From NCBI GenBank assembly GCA_964618755.1, contig CAZUCB010000003.1, positions 1 to 43,845 on the forward strand: a stretch of DNA of 43,845 bases. The letters run 5' to 3'. Positions 37,249-43,845 of this stretch are shown here, in pieces. Origin of the DNA: an uncultured Bacteroides sp. (GTDB taxonomy: Bacteria; Bacteroidota; Bacteroidia; Bacteroidales; JACABE01). The position numbers and the translations under genes were made by a program. Position 1 is the first letter of the stretch. Every line of letters begins with the position of its first letter. Below the pieces are notes generated by a model. The model was not told where the DNA came from and did not search any database. It saw nothing but the letters and a program-made list of their open reading frames with translations.

Positions 37249-39606
37249 ATGAAACACAATAAAATACTAATATATTTTTTACTATTATTATTTACAACTC
37301 CATTTACTAAAGCGTCAAACCCATTAACTGATTTAGATAAAAAGCCAATTGTAAGCGGTAGTGTAAAAGATTCAAAAACTGGAGAACAACTTCTTGGAGC
37401 AACAATATATGTAAGAGAATTAAAATCTGGAGTGGCAACCAATATGTATGGATTTTATTCTCTTAGTATTCCTGCCGGAAAATACACATTGGTTTATTCA
37501 TACGTTGGATATGAAACTTTAGTGAAAGAAATTGAGCTTAAAGTAAACTTAACCCTTAATGTGGAATTACAACCCAAACAACAAGAGCTTAAAGCAGTTG
37601 TAATTAGCGAAAAGCGAAGTAATGAAAATGTTACTAAAAATGAAATGAGTGTTGTCCGCATGGATGCTAAAACAATTCGAAAGATTCCTGCTTTTATGGG
37701 CGAAGTGGATGTAATAAAAGCCTTACAATTATTGCCAGGCATCCAAACTACAAGTGAGGGTTCTTCGGGTTTTAGTGTAAGAGGTGGAAGTCCTGATCAA
37801 AATCTTATATTGTTGGACGAAGCTACTGTTTATAATGCTTCTCATTTATTGGGTTTCTTTTCTGTTTTTAACAATGATGCAATTAAAGATGTAAAAATAT
37901 ACAAAGGTGATATTCCTATGAATTATGGTGGAAGATTATCTTCAGTACTAGATGTGAGAATGAATGATGGAAATCAAAAGAATTTTTCGGCAACAGGAGG
38001 GATAGGTACAATATCAAGCAGATTAACCATTGAAGCACCTTTAATTAAAGACAAAACTTCGTTTATCATGTCGGGAAGACGAACATATTTTGATTTGTTT
38101 TTACCTTTATCTTCTGATAAAAATGTTAGAGATAACGTTTTGTACTTTTATGACTTCAATGCAAAAATTTCTCACACTATTAATGAGAATAATAGATTGT
38201 ATCTTTCGGGCTATTTTGGAAGAGATGTATTTAACAATAATTTTTCTAAGTTAACATCAGGAAACCAAACATTTACATTAAGATGGAATCATTTATTTTC
38301 AAAGAAGTTATTTTCAAATTTTATGTTTGTTTATAGCAAATACGATTATTATTTAGGAACTCCCGAAGGTGAAGCTTATTCTTTCGATTGGAATTCAAAA
38401 ATGCGGGATTATGGCTTGAAAGCAGATTTTACATTATATTCAAATCCAAAAAATACGATAAAATTTGGTGTAAGTAGTATTTATCATATTTTCCAACCTG
38501 GAAGTGCTAAAGGAACAGGTTCTCAGAGTATGTTTAATGAATTTGTAGTTCCTTCTTCTTATGCATTGGAAAATGGTTTGTATTTGGGCAACGACCAAAA
38601 AGTTAATAATAAAATTACCATGAAATATGGGCTGAGATTTTCGATGTTTCAAAATGTAGGACCAGCTACCATTTATAATTATAACAGTAATTTTGAATCA
38701 ATTGATTCAACGGTTTATAAATCAGGTGATTTTTACCAAACTTTCAGCGGTCTTGAACCTCGTTTGGGAATTAGTTATAGTATTAATGATGAGTCTTCAG
38801 TAAAAGCAAATTATTCTAGGACATTCCAATATATTCAGCTTGCTCAGAATTCCACTTCAGGCACACCACTGGATGTTTGGTTTCCTGCGAGTAAGAATGT
38901 AAAACCGCAACGTTGTGATCAAATTGCAATTGGCTATTTTAGAAACTTTATGGGAAACTATATTGAGACTTCTATAGAAACATATTATAAAAAAATGAAT
39001 AATTCAATCGATTTTAAAGATCATGCAGAATTATTGCTTAATGAAAAACTTGATGGAGAACTCCGTTTTGGAAATTCCACTTCAAAAGGATTGGAAGTAA
39101 TGGTTAAAATTCCTGAAGGGAAAATCAATGGATGGGTAAGTTATACTTTATCAAAAACAGATAGGAGTTTTGCAGATATAAATAATGCGAATACATACTT
39201 AGCGTATTACGATAAACCCCATAATATTGCTATTGTCTTGAATTACGAAATAAGTCCAAGAACTACATTTTCGGCTAATTGGGTATATTATACTGGTTCA
39301 CCTGTTACATTTCCAACAGGAAGAGCCGAAATTGGAGGAAAAATTGTTCCAATTTATTCTGACAGAAATGCATATCGAATGCCAGACTATCATAGATTAG
39401 ATTTATCATTAACCCTGAAAAGCAAAACAAAACCTAATCGCAAGTGGAGTTCTGAATGGAATTTCTCAATTTATAATGCTTATGGACGAAAAAATGCATG
39501 GGCTATTAGTTTTAAACAAGATAAAAATAATCCAGAAATTACTTATGCCGAAAAAACTTATTTGTTTAGCTTTATTCCAGCAATTACTTACAATTTTAAA
39601 TTTTAA
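37249..39606 (+). CDS. TonB-dependent receptor with an N-terminal carboxypeptidase-regulatory-like domain
   Basis: 785 aa with a signal peptide. It has a CarboxypepD_reg-like domain (VSGSVKDSKTGEQLLGATIYV...YVGYE) and a plug domain (GFSVRGGSPDQNLILLDEATVYN). The C-terminus is a beta-barrel ending in YNFKF. Confidence 0.9.
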   Translation: MKHNKILIYFLLLLFTTPFTKASNPLTDLDKKPIVSGSVKDSKTGEQLLGATIYVRELKSGVATNMYGFYSLSIPAGKYTLVYSYVGYETLVKEIELKVNLTLNVELQPKQQELKAVVISEKRSNENVTKNEMSVVRMDAKTIRKIPAFMGEVDVIKALQLLPGIQTTSEGSSGFSVRGGSPDQNLILLDEATVYNASHLLGFFSVFNNDAIKDVKIYKGDIPMNYGGRLSSVLDVRMNDGNQKNFSATGGIGTISSRLTIEAPLIKDKTSFIMSGRRTYFDLFLPLSSDKNVRDNVLYFYDFNAKISHTINENNRLYLSGYFGRDVFNNNFSKLTSGNQTFTLRWNHLFSKKLFSNFMFVYSKYDYYLGTPEGEAYSFDWNSKMRDYGLKADFTLYSNPKNTIKFGVSSIYHIFQPGSAKGTGSQSMFNEFVVPSSYALENGLYLGNDQKVNNKITMKYGLRFSMFQNVGPATIYNYNSNFESIDSTVYKSGDFYQTFSGLEPRLGISYSINDESSVKANYSRTFQYIQLAQNSTSGTPLDVWFPASKNVKPQRCDQIAIGYFRNFMGNYIETSIETYYKKMNNSIDFKDHAELLLNEKLDGELRFGNSTSKGLEVMVKIPEGKINGWVSYTLSKTDRSFADINNANTYLAYYDKPHNIAIVLNYEISPRTTFSANWVYYTGSPVTFPTGRAEIGGKIVPIYSDRNAYRMPDYHRLDLSLTLKSKTKPNRKWSSEWNFSIYNAYGRKNAWAISFKQDKNNPEITYAEKTYLFSFIPAITYNFKF

Positions 39607-39610
39607 AACC

Positions 39611-40447
39611 ATGAACAGAATTATATATCTTTTTCTATTGATTATTGTTACAATGCTTTATAGTTGTACCGAAAAAATGGACATTCAGTTAGACGATGCA
39701 TATACACGTTTGGTTGTAGAAGGCAGGTTTTCTACCGATACTACCGTTCATAGAGTAAGACTTACTAAAACTTCGAGCTATTTTTATAACAATACAGCTC
39801 TTCCTGTAATAGGTGCTATCGTTAGCATAAGCGATGGTGTTAATGAAATTTTGTTGACAGAGAAATCAGACGGTTTATATGAAACGCTTCCTAATACTTA
39901 TGGAGTAGTTGGTAAAACGTATCAATTGTTGATTAAAAATGTGGACATTGATAAAAATGGTGTTTTTGAAGAATATTCAGCAAGTTCAACAATTTATCCT
40001 ATCAATACAATTGATTCTATAGCAATGGAGTATATACCTCATTTTGAGGCATGGGAAGTTAAATGTTATGTATTGGATCATCCAACCGAAGATTATTATT
40101 TATTTAATATTTATAAAAACAATGTATTGATGACAGATACTATTACAGAACCATTAGTAGTTGATGATAAATTATACAATGGAAATTATACAAATGGAAT
40201 AGGTGTTGGATATTTGAGAGATAAAAAACCCGACGAAAAAGCATATCCAGGTGATACAATTGAATTGGAGATTTGGAGAATAACCAAAGAATTTCAAAAG
40301 TTTGTAATGGAACTAAAGGATGCTACACGTCCATCAAATCCTCTTTTCAGTGGACCTCCAGCAAATGTAAAAGGAAATATCAGCAATGGTGCCGTTGGAT
40401 ATTTTACTGCATATTCTACTTCGAGATGTAAAGGGGTGATCAGATAA
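39611..40447 (+). CDS. DUF4249-like lipoprotein partner of the TonB-dependent receptor
   Basis: I moved the start from 39476 to the ATG at 39611, which gives MNRIIYLFLLIIVTMLYSC (lipobox). The track ORF would overlap the receptor by 131 nt. The product is 278 aa. The family call relies on the conserved receptor-plus-small-lipoprotein pairing and is tentative. Confidence 0.6.
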   Translation: MNRIIYLFLLIIVTMLYSCTEKMDIQLDDAYTRLVVEGRFSTDTTVHRVRLTKTSSYFYNNTALPVIGAIVSISDGVNEILLTEKSDGLYETLPNTYGVVGKTYQLLIKNVDIDKNGVFEEYSASSTIYPINTIDSIAMEYIPHFEAWEVKCYVLDHPTEDYYLFNIYKNNVLMTDTITEPLVVDDKLYNGNYTNGIGVGYLRDKKPDEKAYPGDTIELEIWRITKEFQKFVMELKDATRPSNPLFSGPPANVKGNISNGAVGYFTAYSTSRCKGVIR

Positions 40448-40465
40448 AAATTGTTTTTCATAATG

Positions 40466-40502
40466 AATAAGAAAAAGGGGTAAATAACCCCTTTTTCTTA
40501 TT
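40466..40502 (+). terminator. Strong hairpin terminator (bidirectional shape)
   Basis: A perfect 15-bp stem, AATAAGAAAAAGGGG (40466-40480) with CCCCTTTTTCTTATT (40488-40502), and a 7-nt loop. It lies 19 nt after the stop at 40447. Confidence 0.65.
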
Positions 40503-40539
40503 TCTCTTAATCATACTCATTAGAATTCCTAAAAATTTG

Positions 40540-40547
40540 TAATTTTG
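40540..40547 (+). promoter_or_regulatory. Candidate -7 box (TAATTTTG) for pheT
   Basis: Matches TAnnTTTG, 21 nt upstream of the ATG at 40568. Confidence 0.35.
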
Positions 40548-40567
40548 TTTTTTTAAACAAAGGGCTT

Positions 40568-43033
40568 ATGAAGATTTCATATAACTGGCTGAAAACATAT
40601 TTAAACATTGACTTAACAGCAGAAAGAGTAGGGCAATTGCTTACCGATTGCGGGCTGGAAGTAGAGGGTATAGAAAAAATAGAATCCGTCAAAGGAGGAT
40701 TGAAGGGTATTGTGATAGGCGAAGTGAAAAGCTGCAGCAAACATCCTGATGCTGATAAATTAAGCATTACCACTGTGGATGTTGGTGGCGAAGAACTGCT
40801 TCACATCGTTTGTGGTGCACCCAATGTGGCAACCGGACAAAAAGTAGCGGTGGCTACCATAGGGGCTGTGCTTTACAATGGTGATGAATCTTTTACCATT
40901 AAAAAATCAAAAATCCGTGGCGAAGTTTCGGAAGGTATGATATGTGCCGAAGATGAATTGGGGCTGGGTCATTCGCATGCAGGTATTATGGTGCTGGATT
41001 CATCCGTTGAGGTGGGCACTGCTGCCAGTAGCTATTTTAAGATAGAAGACGATTATATGCTGGAAATCGGACTCACACCCAATCGTTCGGATGCTATTTC
41101 CCATATTGGTGTAGCTCGCGATTTGGCTGCGGTTATCAATAACCTGGCGGATACTGCTACCAAAGTTGAATTAAAATTACCGAGTGTTGATGCATTCAAC
41201 ATCGACAATCATAACTTGCCTATTGAAGTTATTGTTGAAGATACCCAGGTTTGTCCCCGTTATACCGGCATTACCATTTCGGGTATCGAAGTAAAGGAAT
41301 CACCTGATTGGTTGAAGAATAAACTGAAAACCATCGGTATACGTTCTATCAACAATATTGTGGATATTACCAATTTTGTTTTGTTTGAAACAGGACAACC
41401 TTTGCATGCTTTTGATGCCGATAAATTTGAAGGGAAGAAAGTAATTGTTAAGAAATTAGCCAAAGGAACTTCTTTCCTCACACTCGACGGTATCGAACGC
41501 AAACTTTCCGGCGAAGATCTTATGATTTGCAATGCCAGCGAAGGCATGTGTATAGCCGGCGTTTTTGGTGGAGCTAAATCGGGTGTAACAAAAGAAACTA
41601 AAAATATATTTCTCGAAAGTGCGTATTTTGATGCAACTACCATTCGCAAAACTTCTAAGTTTCATGGTTTGAAAACCGATGCTTCTTTTCGTTACGAACG
41701 TGGCTGTGATCCTAATATTACAATGTATGCACTCAAACGTGCCATATTGCTGATTAAAGAATTAGCAGGCGGCAATGTTTCGTCTGAAATTATGGATGTA
41801 TATCCAACACCCATTGAACGCAAATGTGTTGAAATCAGTTATAAGAATACCTTTCGTTTGATCGGGAAAGTGATAGAAAAAAGCATCATAAAAAACATTC
41901 TGACTTCTTTGGAAATTGAAATCACCAATGAAACTGAAGAAAGTTTAAGTTTGCTGATACCTACCAACAAGGTAGATGTGGTTCGCGAAGCCGATGTAAT
42001 TGAAGAAATTCTGCGTATTTATGGTTACAACAACATTGAAATTGGAAGTGGTTTACGCTCCAGTATTTCTTATGTTGCTAAGCCGGATAAAGAAAAAGTA
42101 CAAAATACGATTTCAAATTACCTTAGCAATAATAGCTTTGTGGAAATCATGAACAATTCGCTCACAAGCTCTGATTATGTAAATAAAATTGCAGATTTCA
42201 ATCCTATCTACAACGTAAAGATATTAAACCCTTTGAGTAAAGAACTGGATGTAATGCGTCAGAGCCTTTTATTTGGTGGTTTGGAAAGCATTAGTTACAA
42301 CATCAATCGCAAATTAAGTGATTTGAAATTGTACGAATTTGGAAATACTTATACTTACAATGCAGAGGTGAGTGCAGAAGTCAATGTCGCCAAACGGTTT
42401 AAAGAAGAAAAACATTTAGCTGTTTTTGTAAGTGGCAAAAAATATGCTGAAAGCTGGAACATTGCTGCTTCCAATACCGACTTTTTTAACCTGAAAGCGC
42501 ATGTTACAAATATATTAAATCGTTTGCGTATCAATATTGATAAACTGAATGTAAACACGATAACGAATTCTATTTTTGAGGAAGCACTGGAATATACATC
42601 CAATGGAAAAGCTGTACTTACTTATGGCAATTTGCATCCTCAATTACTTGCTTCATTTGATATCAAACAAGCCGTTTTTTATGCCGACTTCCAATGGGAT
42701 ACTATCATTAAAATGATTCCCAATGCTGAGGTAGTTTATACCGAAGTATCTAAATTTCCTGAAGTCCGCCGCGATTTGGCATTGTTGATAAATAAAGAAG
42801 TTAGTTTTGCCGAAATTGTAAAGCTTGCTTATCAAACCGAAAAAAATCTGTTGAAAAAAGTAAACCTTTTCGATGTGTATGAAGGCGATAAATTAGAAGC
42901 CGGCAAAAAATCTTATGCGGTAAGTTTTACGATACAGGATCAGGAAAAAACCCTCAATGATAAACAGATTGATGGTATCATGAATCGATTGATAAAGGTA
43001 TATGTTGAAAAATTGCAGGCTGTAATCAGGTAA
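40568..43033 (+). CDS. pheT: Phenylalanine--tRNA ligase beta subunit
   Basis: 821 aa starting MKISYNWLKTYL. It has a tRNA-binding (OB) domain, B3/4 and B5 domains, and a C-terminal FDX-ACB domain (DVYEGDKLEAGKKSYAVSF). Confidence 0.95.
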   Translation: MKISYNWLKTYLNIDLTAERVGQLLTDCGLEVEGIEKIESVKGGLKGIVIGEVKSCSKHPDADKLSITTVDVGGEELLHIVCGAPNVATGQKVAVATIGAVLYNGDESFTIKKSKIRGEVSEGMICAEDELGLGHSHAGIMVLDSSVEVGTAASSYFKIEDDYMLEIGLTPNRSDAISHIGVARDLAAVINNLADTATKVELKLPSVDAFNIDNHNLPIEVIVEDTQVCPRYTGITISGIEVKESPDWLKNKLKTIGIRSINNIVDITNFVLFETGQPLHAFDADKFEGKKVIVKKLAKGTSFLTLDGIERKLSGEDLMICNASEGMCIAGVFGGAKSGVTKETKNIFLESAYFDATTIRKTSKFHGLKTDASFRYERGCDPNITMYALKRAILLIKELAGGNVSSEIMDVYPTPIERKCVEISYKNTFRLIGKVIEKSIIKNILTSLEIEITNETEESLSLLIPTNKVDVVREADVIEEILRIYGYNNIEIGSGLRSSISYVAKPDKEKVQNTISNYLSNNSFVEIMNNSLTSSDYVNKIADFNPIYNVKILNPLSKELDVMRQSLLFGGLESISYNINRKLSDLKLYEFGNTYTYNAEVSAEVNVAKRFKEEKHLAVFVSGKKYAESWNIAASNTDFFNLKAHVTNILNRLRINIDKLNVNTITNSIFEEALEYTSNGKAVLTYGNLHPQLLASFDIKQAVFYADFQWDTIIKMIPNAEVVYTEVSKFPEVRRDLALLINKEVSFAEIVKLAYQTEKNLLKKVNLFDVYEGDKLEAGKKSYAVSFTIQDQEKTLNDKQIDGIMNRLIKVYVEKLQAVIR

Positions 43034-43044
43034 TTTTTTTGTTT

Positions 43045-43052
43045 TATCTTTG
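43045..43052 (+). promoter_or_regulatory. Candidate -7 box (TATCTTTG)
   Basis: Matches TAnnTTTG, 17 nt upstream of the ATG at 43069. Confidence 0.3.
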
Positions 43053-43068
43053 TTTAAAAATATTTATA

Positions 43069-43692
43069 ATGAAGAAAAAAATCATTTTTATTTTCGTTTT
43101 GTTATCTTTTGCACTGTTAGTTAATGCTCAATATTTTAATGCTGGCATTAAAGCAGGAGTTGTAGGCTCTCAGGTTGATGGAGATGGCTTTGGTGGTTAC
43201 GATAAATTAGGTTTAGATGCGGGATTGTTCGTTAATTATCAACTTTCTATGCGTACGGCACTACAGTTAGAAATGGAATTTATCCAAAAAGGAAGCAGTC
43301 ATTCTCCAAATGTTGAGAAAGGGGATTACAATCAATATAAAATGCGGGTAAATTATCTGCAATTACCTGTTTTATTTCAATATAAATTGGCTCAAAATTT
43401 TTCTGTTGAAACTGGTCCTGCTTTTGGTTTATTATTAAGTAATTACGAAGAACGTGACCATTGGGAAATTGAAAGCAATCCTTTCCGAAAATTTGCATTT
43501 AGTTGGATTATAGGGGGAAACTATGCAATTACCGATCGCTGGAATGCAAATTTCAGGGTAGATTATTCTGTGATTGGGATACGTCAAAAGCCTGCACCAG
43601 GTGATCGCTGGATTTTCTTTCAATATGGTCAATTCAACAATACTTTGGTAATTTCTATTCAATATATAATCAATCATGCCAAAGCTAAATAA
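43069..43692 (+). CDS. Outer-membrane beta-barrel (porin-family, OMP_b-brl_2-like) protein
   Basis: I moved the start to the ATG at 43069, which gives MKKKIIFIFVLLSFALLVNAQ (signal peptide). The 207-aa protein begins YFNAGIKAGV and has alternating beta-strand periodicity. Confidence 0.65.
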   Translation: MKKKIIFIFVLLSFALLVNAQYFNAGIKAGVVGSQVDGDGFGGYDKLGLDAGLFVNYQLSMRTALQLEMEFIQKGSSHSPNVEKGDYNQYKMRVNYLQLPVLFQYKLAQNFSVETGPAFGLLLSNYEERDHWEIESNPFRKFAFSWIIGGNYAITDRWNANFRVDYSVIGIRQKPAPGDRWIFFQYGQFNNTLVISIQYIINHAKAK

Positions 43693-43845
43693 AATTAAAA
43701 TAGCTGTTGGTGTTACTGGTGCCAGTGGTGCGATTTATGCAAAAGTTCTATTTGCAAAGATGCAGCTATTATCTGATCAGATTGCAGAAGTGGGGGTAGT
43801 ATTTACCGAAAATGCAAGGCAGGTTTGGGAATTTGAAATGGGTGA
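43676..43845 (+). CDS. ubiX: Flavin prenyltransferase UbiX, 5' portion (runs off the window)
   Basis: Not in the ORF track because it is partial. Translation from the ATG at 43676 gives MPKLNKIKIAVGVTGASGAIYAKVLF..., matching the UbiX/Pad1 N-terminal flavoprotein motif. It overlaps the previous gene by 17 nt. Confidence 0.75.
   Translation, partial: MPKLNKIKIAVGVTGASGAIYAKVLFAKMQLLSDQIAEVGVVFTENARQVWEFEMG

Noticed and set aside
14146-43068. Long N-terminal extensions in the ORF track (starts at 14146, 30414, 35433, 36404, 39476, 43039).
   Set aside because: These use TTG or upstream in-frame codons. They run through promoter or terminator elements or overlap the preceding gene (39476 overlaps the TonB-dependent receptor by 131 nt). 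For five of them, internal ATGs give canonical signal peptides or lipoboxes. For pdxJ, the ATG at 35442 restores the typical PdxJ N-terminus.

Overview
This is an AT-rich chromosomal segment (roughly one-third G+C by eye, not computed) from a Bacteroidota-type genome. The lineage call rests on type IX secretion (T9SS) C-terminal sorting domains, TAnnTTTG -7 promoter boxes, DUF4270/DUF4249-like lipoproteins and a CarboxypepD_reg-type TonB-dependent receptor. I support about 31 protein-coding genes. I saw no rRNA, tRNA, CRISPR array, transposase or integrase. The housekeeping backbone is mrdA-rodA, a DEAD-box RNA helicase, a GT5-like/DUF4270/glmS operon, lpxK, purine nucleoside phosphorylase, pdxJ, pheT and the ubiX 5' end. 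A secreted DRGH nuclease at the left edge (1-1099, minus strand) is missing from the supplied ORF track. Candidates for something new, in my ranking: (1) Five co-oriented lipoprotein genes at 28.3-33.3 kb (two LPP20-like, one LpoB-like, one orphan, one COG3014-like). Three of them are preceded by the same YGGCAT-N4-TTTGW element, which has sigma-54-like spacing. (2) Tandem gingipain-type C25 cysteine protease paralogues (6.9-14.0 kb) with T9SS sorting domains, a strongly conserved C-proximal module, and a divergent small secreted protein next to them. (3) A Tet(M)/Tet(Q)-like ribosomal-protection-type GTPase whose putative drug-displacing loop is not conserved, in an apparent operon with a 2-hydroxyacid dehydrogenase and a lipoprotein. 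All family assignments come from motif recognition by eye; no database search was possible. Six ORF-track N-termini (four TTG and two in-frame ATG starts) are probably over-extended. I re-called them at internal ATGs; five of these expose signal peptides, and the sixth (pdxJ) restores the typical N-terminus.
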